Part shown: in pieces, positions 41,001-49,112 of the stretch | Position numbering within the stretch: position 1 is the first letter of the stretch | Layout of the letters: each line of letters opens with the position of its first letter | Source of the DNA: Planctomycetaceae bacterium | Lineage (GTDB): Bacteria > Planctomycetota > Planctomycetia > Pirellulales > Lacipirellulaceae | Assembly: GCA_003233055.1 (NCBI GenBank) | Contig: QIKP01000017.1 | Location: 8,299 to 72,298 of the forward strand | DNA: 64,000 nt | Direction of reading: 5' to 3' | Translations under genes and position numbers: made by a program | The notes under the pieces: model-generated | The model's input: only the letters and a program-made list of their open reading frames with translations | The model's database searches: none | Told to the model about the DNA's origin: nothing

Positions 41001-41573
41001 ATCGATGAGACCAGCGATCCGCTTTTTCAGTCCTTCGATCCCCCAAGTCGAAGCCAGCTCAAACGCCAGGGGATCGCGCACGGCGAGTGTTTGTCGGAGA
41101 GTATCTTCGATCGCTTCGGTGCGGAGGACGAGCGAGGAGGACTGGTCGAGAACGGCAAAGAGGGGGTCGAGTCCTACCTCAAAAGCATGGCTGCGAAGCA
41201 GGGTGCCGCAAAGCGAATGAATCGTACTCACCCGGCACGCATCGAGCGCCCTTTGCAGTTGCCGCCAGTAATTTTGTTCACTGGGCGAGGCTCCATCGAT
41301 CCGGGTCCGTACCACGTTACGAATTCGTGAGCGGAGCTCGCGCGCGGCCGCATCGGTGAAAGTAATCGCCACGAGTTCCGAGAGCCGCTGCTCGGGGTTC
41401 GGTTCGTTTTGTTGTTCGGCGCCGGCATCGTTTGGCGCAAGCTCGGCGAGGAACCGCTCGGTAAGGACGAAGGTCTTTCCGCAGCCCGCCCCGGCGGCGA
41501 GCGCAATCGACACGTTGCGCGCTTCGATCGCGATCTTCTGCTCGGGCGTGTATTGGATCGCGGGCTTAGTCAT
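38052..41573 (-). CDS. addA: AddA-like UvrD helicase/nuclease
   Basis: AGAGCGKT, AITFT.AAA.E, VDEFQDT, VGDDKQSIYRFRGA, NFRS, MTIHQAKGLEF, LLYVACTRA, GYLDC...IDYKT. Confidence 0.9.
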   Translation of the reverse strand: MTKPAIQYTPEQKIAIEARNVSIALAAGAGCGKTFVLTERFLAELAPNDAGAEQQNEPNPEQRLSELVAITFTDAAARELRSRIRNVVRTRIDGASPSEQNYWRQLQRALDACRVSTIHSLCGTLLRSHAFEVGLDPLFAVLDQSSSLVLRTEAIEDTLRQTLAVRDPLAFELASTWGIEGLKKRIAGLIDQHRGEAFARWLEKEPADAITAWERFYREEVWPAACADLGSVGEELIVLVSEFAPENAEASGKKEQFLSLLRTLVDGSASMTDLEAIQALARANRKPFTKKTWGDDALFERFKETATRLRDAIKALPNADFTSASAHRSAELGLHLARLTQLAADAYRQAKESLGALDYDDLIATAHRLLTDEAHRDTQDQIRGKIRLLMVDEFQDTDRLQVEIVKALAGEIQEAGKLFFVGDDKQSIYRFRGAEPKVFLDLRSEVAESWRLPLSMNFRSQPAILNFVNSLAGDLFTGGYQPLSPSRPQVTPEPAIEFRWTVVEGNRNVAGWKARSRQAEARSIAVRLRELFDGDAKIVADPGAPEGCRPAQPGDVALLFRVLSDVQYYEAALREQKIDYYLVGGHAFYTQQEVYDLLHLLRSIASSCDELSLAGVLRSPFFSLADESLFWLTARGRSLEAGLFAERPPKELEALEREKVTAAANTLRYLRSIKEQVSLSQLLAEAFERTGFDAALLADFMGERKLANVEKLVEQARLAGASGVGSLDDFVTQLAEFTTSAPKEALAATTPETANVVRLMTIHQAKGLEFPVVIVPDVDRDKSSHSVSVAFHRDLGPLVKEPEADKTDASGLRLFGHFENLEEAAESNRLLYVACTRAADYLLLSSGVNDLEKPSGPWLKRLAESFDLREGKLLSDRSGDANRSIDVNVVSPTTDRPFSSGAKRPPLPKLLEQAKMQAGGQAEIQTKVSPESKAAALLEVDPSWRRRFSVTRLSGQIVRAGGDLWRGEAVSAARNSALDPLSFGTLVHAVLERADFAHPETIDPWCHTLAPLHHPLAAAEAATAARELVEKFFQSRRAEEMRSAQKIHHEVEFLLAWPPGSKVNTSETKASKGNGRYLQGYLDCLYQGADGVWRVIDYKTNLCNAEEVPPLAAKYALQMAVYALAVEQTWGTGPDELVLHFLRPGMEQVTPWNRAARQQAIELVEQALAGATT

Positions 41574-44500
41574 GCGTCGGCTCCCGTTCTCCAGTCACCG
41601 AAGACCCGGCCGCTGAAGTGGCCTCGCCGGGCCAGGTTTTTCCTAAGCTTCGTATCTGGTGGACGCGGCAGACGTGCTTGAAATCACATCGGGTCGTGCA
41701 TTGATCGTCGACGTTGTGCATGGGGAAATCGCCCTTCCGCACCCCGGCGACCATCGCTCGGAGTCGCTCCTTGAGAGCCGTTTCCAGCGATTCCCAGTCG
41801 GCTGCCGGACGGACTTCTCCGTCGGCCACTTCGTGCAATGCAAGGCTCGATTTGTCGGTAAATCCTTGCGCTCTCACGACCCAGTATCCTGACTGCAGCG
41901 GCAGCGCGATGTCGCTGCTTGTCGAGACGATCTGCGCTGCGGCCATGGCGTAGAGCGCGGGCTGTAGTTTGCGTCCTTCGCGAACCTCCTCGTCACTCAC
42001 GTTAAACCGGCTTGCCGTCTTGTAGTCAATCACTTGCAGCACGATGTTCGGACCGACTTGCCCCACATCGATTCGATCGATCCGCCCCCCCACCAAGAGC
42101 TGCTCTGTTCCCAAATCGACCACGAGTGGCTGGTCGGTCGAGGCGTTGTCTTCGGGTTCGTCGCCCGTTCGCTGGCGCAGGTCGCCGAAACGAATCTCGA
42201 AATACGTCGGCGTCAGCGGGGTGTCCCATTCTCGGCACGTGGCGTCGTACTTGACGTGCTGCTCACGATAGTCCTCTGCCCAGCGGCGAATTTCCACGGC
42301 AAGGAGCTCGTTGAGCACTCCATCGATCCCAAAGCTAGCAAAGCCCTCCAGGACTTCGTCGACCGCCTCGTCAAAGGTTGCACGAAAGGCGGCCGCGTCG
42401 TGTTCGGACGGCGCGCGTGCATCGCTTCCTAGTCGATCGAGCCGGCTATGGAGCTCGACCAGCGCTCGATGCGCGAGAGTCCCCCGACGACGGTAGTCGG
42501 TTTCGAGCGCTAGGTCGCCCAAGGGTTCCAGGTGGAGCACCTTCTCTAAGAAAAACTGGTAAGGGCAATTCGCGTAACCTTCGAGCTGGCTCGTGCTCCA
42601 AAGATGCTCCGGACCGTAGTTTTGCGCAAACCATTTCCGTGCCGCGGGGCTTGGAACGAGGCCTTCGAACGGGCCGAAGCTATCCCCGGTCGCCCGATGG
42701 TGGGACATGGCGACTGCTGCAACCACTGCCTTAGCGGTTCCGCGAGTCGCTTCGTTGGCGAGCATCGAGCCAAGGCGTGCGGGTTTCTTAGCGAGTAGTT
42801 CTGCGACCGCTCCTAGACGCCAGTCCTTGGGCGAACGGGCCAACTCGCCTGGAGGGGGGAGCGACGTGATGTCGGGGGCGGCGTTCATCGCTTCGACGAG
42901 TGGCGAGCCAAACGCCCGGCAAGCTTCCTCCAGCAGCGGACTGGGAGGCATGCGCTGGCCTGCACCATCGAGTGCCGGGTAGCTGAACGTGAGCGATTCC
43001 TCCGCCCGACAGACCAGGTCGTAAAAAAGCTGCATCGCTCGCTGGTAGGGGCGGATCGACAGGGGGGCCTTCTCGGAGCCAGCCGTGGCGGCGGCGAGCC
43101 TGTCGTACTGCTCCTCGGTGTAGAGCCCGCTTGCCGAATCCGCCGAAGAGAAGGACTGCTCGGAGAGCCCGACAATAAATAGGTGGGGCACCGCGACATG
43201 CCGCGCCGCCTCGACCGAAAGAACCCGCACTCGTCCTTCTTCCTCCAGGCTCTTCGGGATCGGCATCCACGCGCACCAGTCGCGTAGCTGCGAGAGCCAT
43301 TCCGCCCGGCTCCAAACGAGCGTGGCCCCCTTGTCCTTAGTCGGACCGCCACGCGGCCCGGCACCTGTTACGGACCGCGTGACGGTCCGTTTAGAAGAGA
43401 CGCGTTCCATCGCCGCCGCTGCTTCGCGGACTTGCTGCCAGGCAGGGCGATCAGGCGGATCGAGGTCGAGCCCGAGCGCCGTCGCGAGTTGCTCGCAGGC
43501 AACGACCCATTGCCCGGGAGTCGCGCTCGCGGGAAGCGCGCCGGTGGCTGCAGCGATCTGTTCGACCATCGGCTTCGCCATAGCTGCCGCCTGTTGTCGC
43601 AAACTGGCTCCCTCTTCCGTGGTCGCGGCGAGACGTGCCAGCGTGTCGAGTAATGCCTTCTCTTTGCGAGCGATTTGGAGGTCACGAACGATCCACTCGA
43701 TCGCCCCTCGTACGGTCGGCCAGCGACTCGCCAACGACGAAGGGCCGTCGAGCGCCGTCAGCAGTCCGTTGCCGACCACCTCCAGCACCCGACGAAAGGG
43801 CCAATCCTCGTCTGCAAGCGAGAGGAGCGACAGGAGTGGACGCATCTCGGGAGCTTCGCCTACCGGTTGGGGCGTTGCCATCGCCATGGGTACACCGAAG
43901 CTCTGAAAGACTTCCCGCAATCGATGTTGCTGCAAATGAAGAGCCGGCGCAGCAACCACGATGTCGCGCGGCGCCACACGACCGCTGGTGAGCAAGGCTT
44001 TGATCCGCCGCGTGACTTGAGTCAACTCATCCTGCGCATTGGTGCCGACCACCACCGATACTCGGTCAGCCGTTGCCAGCGCCTCGTTGCTTAGTAGCGA
44101 ATCGTCGCTTGACGGCGAACCGTGCGGTGCGAAGAGCCCTCGCCGCAGCCGCACCAGCGATGCGGGAGGCGACGACTTCGATCGGTCCCCAACTGGCGAA
44201 AGAACCAGGTCTGGATAGCGATCCTGAAACCACGCGAGCATTCCGCGAGCGGCAACGGCCAGATCGCTCGTTCGCTCTCCAGGCAGTTGTTCTCCCGACA
44301 ATTTGGGGCCCATCGCAACGGGGTCGACCGCCAGCGACACCACGATCTCGTCCGCCCTTGCCACGACGTGCGTGAACATCTCCCGCTCGTACCGCGAGAA
44401 ACTGGCGAAGCCATCGACGACGACCAACTGCCAGCGATCGGAAGAATCGACCTCCCAATCTCTCGCCAACTCGACGGCCAGACGCGGGAGATCGTCACGA

Positions 44501-45048
44501 TCGGCTGCCTCTCGCAGGGATAGTTGCTCTTCGTACCGCGCATAAACCGAGGCCAGTTCTCGGTCGCGCGCGGTGCCTCGCTTGCTAGAAGCGAATTTTT
44601 CAAACTGCCCAGCAGTGATCCCTCGGGCTTTCCATTGGCCGATCATCTGTTCGAGGGCGTCGACCAGCCCACGGCGCTCGGCTACCCGTGAAAGCAGGTC
44701 GAGTTGACGGTGGCGGTCTGCCTCGCGTATCGCTTGGCGAAGAAGCCAGCGTGAGCCGGAGCGGGGAAGCACCACCAGAGCATCGAGGCTTTGGGAGACC
44801 ATCGATTCGAAAAACCGGGAGAAAGTTTGGACTCCTGGTGCGAGGCAGGCTTCGGCCTCCGAGGCGATCAGCCGCTCGCGAATGTTTTCCACCGCCAGCC
44901 GATGGGGAGCAAGCCACAAGAATCGCGGCATTTGTCGCTTGGCGAGGTCTTTTTTCAGCCGCTCGGCGTAGATTTGGACAAGGGCGTCCGTCTTTCCCGA
45001 GCAAGGCGGGCTGGCGAGAACCCGCAGGTTGGTCGTTACGGAGCGAAT
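41566..45048 (-). CDS. addB: AddB-like PD-(D/E)XK nuclease subunit; probable non-AUG start
   Basis: YANCPYQFF, GRIDRID, IDYKT, C..RCDF..VC; frame open upstream of ATG 44931 and encodes LRVLASPPCSGKT; ATT at 45048 lies 6 nt after AGGAGG. Confidence 0.82.
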   Translation of the reverse strand: MRSVTTNLRVLASPPCSGKTDALVQIYAERLKKDLAKRQMPRFLWLAPHRLAVENIRERLIASEAEACLAPGVQTFSRFFESMVSQSLDALVVLPRSGSRWLLRQAIREADRHRQLDLLSRVAERRGLVDALEQMIGQWKARGITAGQFEKFASSKRGTARDRELASVYARYEEQLSLREAADRDDLPRLAVELARDWEVDSSDRWQLVVVDGFASFSRYEREMFTHVVARADEIVVSLAVDPVAMGPKLSGEQLPGERTSDLAVAARGMLAWFQDRYPDLVLSPVGDRSKSSPPASLVRLRRGLFAPHGSPSSDDSLLSNEALATADRVSVVVGTNAQDELTQVTRRIKALLTSGRVAPRDIVVAAPALHLQQHRLREVFQSFGVPMAMATPQPVGEAPEMRPLLSLLSLADEDWPFRRVLEVVGNGLLTALDGPSSLASRWPTVRGAIEWIVRDLQIARKEKALLDTLARLAATTEEGASLRQQAAAMAKPMVEQIAAATGALPASATPGQWVVACEQLATALGLDLDPPDRPAWQQVREAAAAMERVSSKRTVTRSVTGAGPRGGPTKDKGATLVWSRAEWLSQLRDWCAWMPIPKSLEEEGRVRVLSVEAARHVAVPHLFIVGLSEQSFSSADSASGLYTEEQYDRLAAATAGSEKAPLSIRPYQRAMQLFYDLVCRAEESLTFSYPALDGAGQRMPPSPLLEEACRAFGSPLVEAMNAAPDITSLPPPGELARSPKDWRLGAVAELLAKKPARLGSMLANEATRGTAKAVVAAVAMSHHRATGDSFGPFEGLVPSPAARKWFAQNYGPEHLWSTSQLEGYANCPYQFFLEKVLHLEPLGDLALETDYRRRGTLAHRALVELHSRLDRLGSDARAPSEHDAAAFRATFDEAVDEVLEGFASFGIDGVLNELLAVEIRRWAEDYREQHVKYDATCREWDTPLTPTYFEIRFGDLRQRTGDEPEDNASTDQPLVVDLGTEQLLVGGRIDRIDVGQVGPNIVLQVIDYKTASRFNVSDEEVREGRKLQPALYAMAAAQIVSTSSDIALPLQSGYWVVRAQGFTDKSSLALHEVADGEVRPAADWESLETALKERLRAMVAGVRKGDFPMHNVDDQCTTRCDFKHVCRVHQIRSLGKTWPGEATSAAGSSVTGEREPTHD

Positions 45049-45200
45049 CGCCTGCCTCCTGTGAAAACCGCCAGTTGTAAAATAACCAGTCGCAAAACAC
45101 CTCCCAGCCTCCCACGTATTTTCGCCGTAAGTGGTTGCCAGTCAAGCGTCTAGGCAATAACAGCGATTCGCATTACAACGAACAATCGAGATCCTACTGG

Positions 45201-45230
45201 TTGACAACAGGGGCCTTTTTCGGGTACATT
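45201..45230 (+). promoter_or_regulatory. Putative sigma70 promoter for the DUF1559 gene
   Basis: TTGACA-N18-TACATT. Confidence 0.45.
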
Positions 45231-45465
45231 GACAGGGTATTAAACTGCGGTGAGATTCGATGCTGGCGGACAGTAGCTTTTGGAGGCCGTTTTTCTTCTT
45301 TCTATCGAACGGGGAAGGATTCCGACTGGCTGCTGTGGACAACTCGAGTGGGAGAAACCCTTACTCGAGACGGCTGTTGTGGAGGGCCTGGTAATCGGGA
45401 CGGTATCCAGGCTCGTTTTTTTCTTTCTTATTTTTTTCTCTTTTATCTTTCTGAGGAGGCATGTC

Positions 45466-46617
45466 ATGATGGCGCTAAAAATCTCGCGAGATCCGAGACG
45501 TAGGGGTTTTACCCTCGTCGAATTGCTGGTGGTCATTGCGATCATCGGTATCTTGGTAGCCCTGCTGCTGCCGGCAGTGCAGGCGGCCCGTGAAGCGGCC
45601 CGTCGGAATCAGTGCTTGAACAACAACAAGCAACTGCTCCTTGCCATACAAAACCACCACGACACCAAGCTCCAATTGCCACTCGCCTCGACCGCACCGG
45701 CAATAGGGGCGGTCGGTAGCGTGGGTATGGCCGCCGGCAACGTCCTCGCAAGCCAGACGGGCGATGGCTACAGTTGGATAGTCCAGATCCTCCCCTTCAT
45801 GGAAGGAAATGTCATTTTCGACAAACTGGGCGACCCGCAAAACTCCAACAGGCTCCGCAATGCGGCGTTTCCTATTGCTAATATGAGTTGGTCTCAGCAG
45901 CCTGGAACGGGCGTGACCCCCTTTATCCACGAAGTGCAGCTCGATGAGGCTCTTTGCCCCAGCCATCCGGGCGAAGAGACGAGCCAACTGTTAACACCCC
46001 AAACGGCGATTTCCAATTACGTCGCCATGGCGGCAACCCACTACACCAACCCCTCGACCGGCGACCTAGCGACCGGCCCGCCGGCGGCGCCCGCCTGTAA
46101 TACCCAGACCTACTGCGGTAATGGCACGATCGTGTTTCCAGGGCTTGCTGTTGGGAGGATCGCCAGAAAGGGGCTCCGGATGGGGAGTGTCTCGGACGGC
46201 ACCTCCAACACGATCGTGATTACCGAGTCACGCGATACCAATATTACGTCTTGGTACAGTGGCCTCGCAGCCTACACCGTCGCCGCATGGCCTCAAGGCC
46301 CACAACCGGTGGTGCAAGCAAACAACAACCGAGCCAACGTCGGTAGTTGGAGTCTTCCAATCGGTACCCCCTCAGGCCTCAACCAGGGGTCGGTCAATGT
46401 CAGCGAGGCAGGCAATTTGTTCATGGCGGTTGGCACCTTCCCACACGACAACGGGAACGGCACTGACCGCCAGTGGGGGCCTAGCTCCAACCACTCTGGT
46501 GTCGTGATCTGCGGCTCGCTCGATGGCCATGCTTCCGGCATTGCAGACAACATCGACGGAACCGTCTTCATGCACATGGTCACCCGCGCCGGTCGCGAAG
46601 TGATTCAAGAGAACTAG
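45466..46617 (+). CDS. DUF1559 prepilin-type N-terminal cleavage/methylation domain protein
   Basis: [45 protein letters not shown]9-DG ([12 protein letters not shown]); SD GAGGAGG. Confidence 0.95.
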   Translation: MMALKISRDPRRRGFTLVELLVVIAIIGILVALLLPAVQAAREAARRNQCLNNNKQLLLAIQNHHDTKLQLPLASTAPAIGAVGSVGMAAGNVLASQTGDGYSWIVQILPFMEGNVIFDKLGDPQNSNRLRNAAFPIANMSWSQQPGTGVTPFIHEVQLDEALCPSHPGEETSQLLTPQTAISNYVAMAATHYTNPSTGDLATGPPAAPACNTQTYCGNGTIVFPGLAVGRIARKGLRMGSVSDGTSNTIVITESRDTNITSWYSGLAAYTVAAWPQGPQPVVQANNNRANVGSWSLPIGTPSGLNQGSVNVSEAGNLFMAVGTFPHDNGNGTDRQWGPSSNHSGVVICGSLDGHASGIADNIDGTVFMHMVTRAGREVIQEN

Positions 46618-46646
46618 GTCGAACCGATCGACAAAACGCTCTACCG

Positions 46647-46679
46647 CCGCCGCAGCGCCCAGCGCTGCGGCGGTTTTTT
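46647..46679 (+). terminator. Rho-independent terminator
   Basis: CCGCCGCAGCGC-CCA-GCGCTGCGGCGG followed by TTTTTT. Confidence 0.9.
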
Positions 46680-46834
46680 GTTGGTAGCTCCATAATTCCC
46701 TCTATGTGGGCGTGGGAAGGTTTCCTCCTCACGCGAAGACGCAAGCGACGCGGCAACTCCCCGCTCTCCGTCCTGTCGGTCTCTCCCCCACTTGCGTGAA
46801 CGCTTCGGTTTTGCAAAGGTGACGGGCAGTACAT

Positions 46835-46918
46835 GCCGCCGTGGCGGAACTGGCAGACGCGCATGGTTCAGGTCCATGTCCACGCAAGTGGGTGGAGGTT
46901 CGAATCCTCTCGGCGGTA
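46835..46918 (+). tRNA. tRNA-Leu (CAG)
   Basis: Acceptor GCCGCCG/CGGCGGT, D-loop GGAACTGGCAGAC, anticodon arm CATGG-TTCAGGT-CCATG, long variable arm, GGTTCGAATCC; CCA not encoded. Confidence 0.96.
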
Positions 46919-46924
46919 CTTAGT

Positions 46925-47036
46925 CTCTCGCTGCTCGACTCGGCTACGCCGAGATCTCGCTAGCGGGGGGGGCTCTCGCTGTTCGGCTCGGCTACGCTGA
47001 GATCTCGCTAGCGGGGGGGGCTCTCGCTGTTCGGCT
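46925..47036 (+). repeat. 48-bp tandem repeat (about 2.3 copies) right after the tRNA
   Basis: Units start at 46925, 46973, 47021; CTCTCGCTG...CTCGGCTACGCCGAG...GCTAGCGGGGGGGG. Confidence 0.9.
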
Positions 47037-47088
47037 GCGCCGACGTAGGCGAGCCGACTCCGTTAGCTCCTGGGTAGACGACGCTGCT

Positions 47089-47895
47089 ATGAGAATCCTT
47101 CGTTTCGTCGATCCCGCCGGCAATACGGGCTATGGTTGCGAGCACTCGGAGGGTGGTGTCACCCGTCTTGATGGCGAGCTCTTTGGCCCCCACCACGACA
47201 CGGGGGAAGCGGTCGAAGTCGCTCAGCGGCTTGCACCGCTCGCGCCATGCGACATCTACTGCATCGGCCTCAACTACGCGAAGCATGCGGAAGAAGGAGG
47301 CAAGCCGATCCCTGAATATCCGGTCGTCTTCATGAAGTCGAGCTCTGCGGTACAGCATCCGGGCGAGCCGATCGTCCTGCCTCGCAAGTTGCGAAGCGAT
47401 CGCGTCGACTACGAATGCGAACTGGCCGTGGTGATCGGCCGGGCCTGCAAGAACGCAACGCGAGACGAAGCGCTCGACTACGTTTTGGGCTACACCTGTG
47501 GGAACGACGTCAGCGCCCGCGACTGGCAAAAAAAAGGGGGCGGCGGGCAGTGGGTGCGAGGTAAGACCTTCGACACGTTTGCCCCACTCGGTCCGGTACT
47601 CGTGACCCAAGATGAAATCCCGAACCCCAACGACCTCCGCATCCGCACGACGCTCAATGGCCAAGTGATGCAAGACTGGAGTACAAGCGACATGATTTTC
47701 GATGTGCCAAGGCTCATCGAATTTTTAAGTGGTAGCACCACTTTACTGCCAGGCACGGTAATCTTTACTGGCACGCCCCATGGCGTTGGCTTCGCGCGCA
47801 AGCCTCCGGTTTATTTGCAGCCTGGCGACAGCGTGACGGTCGAAATCGAGAAGATCGGCCAGTTGACGAACCAGGTCGTGGAAGAAGAAATCTAA
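47089..47895 (+). CDS. Fumarylacetoacetate hydrolase family protein
   Basis: CIGLNYAKH, FMKS, DYECELAVVIG, GNDVSARDWQ, GKTFDTFAPLGP, IFTGTPHGVG. Confidence 0.94.
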   Translation: MRILRFVDPAGNTGYGCEHSEGGVTRLDGELFGPHHDTGEAVEVAQRLAPLAPCDIYCIGLNYAKHAEEGGKPIPEYPVVFMKSSSAVQHPGEPIVLPRKLRSDRVDYECELAVVIGRACKNATRDEALDYVLGYTCGNDVSARDWQKKGGGGQWVRGKTFDTFAPLGPVLVTQDEIPNPNDLRIRTTLNGQVMQDWSTSDMIFDVPRLIEFLSGSTTLLPGTVIFTGTPHGVGFARKPPVYLQPGDSVTVEIEKIGQLTNQVVEEEI

Positions 47896-48036
47896 CCGTT
47901 CACGGCCAGTAGGTTGGGCTTCTAGCCCGACGCTTTTCCCCCGACAAGGCGTAGCTCGTCGGCTAAGGGTTACACGCTTTCCTTTGATGAGCGTCTCGTT
48001 CCGGGGATAACGCTCTTTCGAATCGTAAACGGTTAC
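47892..48036. mobile_element. MITE-like element with REP cargo and flanking direct repeat
   Basis: Ends CTAACCGTTCACGG / CGTAAACGGTTAC; GTAG-type REP 47909-47931; family 1 REP 47941-47962; AAGAAATCTAAC at 47885 and 48037. Confidence 0.78.
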
Positions 48037-48043
48037 AAGAAAT

Positions 48044-48508
48044 CTAACGGCCCTGCGATTCCAGGACTCCCTCTGGCCGGACCACTCTCTTGGAGAGGGG
48101 ACTGGGGAGAGGGTCCGCAATGGCGATCCGCCGAGCCTTCTTGGTACTTCCCAGCTCCATGCTTTTACGGAAGGCCAAAAGCTGTTCGTCTGCTTGTAGG
48201 GCGGTAAGGAATCCTAATTCGACGACGCACTTGTCGATCGGTTTTCGGCGATCGGATTGTAGCATCAAGAGTTCCGCCAAATCGCGCTTCGTCAGCAGGC
48301 CAAGCTCGACCGCGATGTCGCCAAAACGGTCGTGGGGAAGATCCGTTTGCACGCGCAGCACACGAAACACATCCTGCGCGGCCATCCGGCCTTCTTCGAG
48401 CGCAATCAGGCCAATCGGAGGAAGTTCCTTACTCTGATGGGCGAGCGCTGCGACGAGCTGCTCTGCGGTAATCTTACGCTGCTGATGTAGAAACATTCCA
48501 AACTTCAT
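48044..48508 (-). CDS. Small protein with four tandem MshEN-like repeats (candidate c-di-GMP receptor)
   Basis: KFGMFL..RKITAEQL.AAL.HQ; PIGLIALEEGRM...V.RVL.VQ; RFGDIAVELGLLT..DL.ELL.LQ; PIDKCVVELGFLT. Confidence 0.7.
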   Translation of the reverse strand: MKFGMFLHQQRKITAEQLVAALAHQSKELPPIGLIALEEGRMAAQDVFRVLRVQTDLPHDRFGDIAVELGLLTKRDLAELLMLQSDRRKPIDKCVVELGFLTALQADEQLLAFRKSMELGSTKKARRIAIADPLPSPLSKRVVRPEGVLESQGR

Positions 48509-49002
48509 AGCGGCACTGCTCCTCTCTTGGGCCGAGAATCAATCACCCTTTCGAAAGCCCCGCCTCCCCCGGCGGTAGAAAAGAGTAGGTTGCTGGACCG
48601 GACTAGGGGATTCTAAAATGCCTCGGATGGCGGTTAATACTCAGGCGGTTCTCGGGCCCTCCGTCCCGATAGGAGCGCTTGTGCCGATTTCGACGAGGGC
48701 AACTCCCTCTTCTCGGCGACTTGGGATCGGCGGGGCACCTTGGAAATCGAATCTCGCGAGCCGAGCTGCGTAGCCCCAACCCGTATCGACGTCGACCAAA
48801 CCGGCAGGGATTCGCAGTTTCGCGTCATTTAATTCCTAAAAATGGGGCTCTCCACGTTTTAGTTGCTTGATTCATGGCTCGCCGCACGATAGCCTAAGGA
48901 GACTGGGATTTGTGGCCGCTTGCAGCCTTTACTGCTAAAGCGCCCGCGTCGCTACCTTTTGCCTTGCAAAGGGTGCCACGCGCCAAGAGGGACATGCAAT
49001 GA

Positions 49003-49041
49003 AGCCGCGGATGCCAGTGGAAGTTGGGCCGCGGTTTTTTT
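49003..49041 (+). terminator. Terminator-like hairpin in the metB-like leader (possible attenuator)
   Basis: AGCCGCGG...CCGCGGTT followed by a T run (49035-49041), about 70 nt upstream of the start. Confidence 0.6.
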
Positions 49042-49112
49042 CGTGCGCGATGGAAAATCGCCACCACCAGCGACCGGGCCACCAGAGATTATCCCCACAC
49101 GAAGGTCCTGTT

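Noticed and set aside
46925-47036. Possible mini-CRISPR array (also considered for 55921-56100)
   Set aside because: Units are contiguous with no unique spacers, and there are no cas genes
46835-47100. Prophage or genomic island integrated at tRNA-Leu
   Set aside because: No integrase, no duplicated tRNA 3' end, ordinary metabolic genes follow
47885-48048. Reading the TAAC...GTTA element ends as attC sites
   Set aside because: Arms pair fully with no unpaired spacer, L boxes or extrahelical bases, unlike 24998-25057
48665-48700. SAH riboswitch-like AGGAGCGC
   Set aside because: Only an 8-nt match, far from the metB-like start, with no supporting helices
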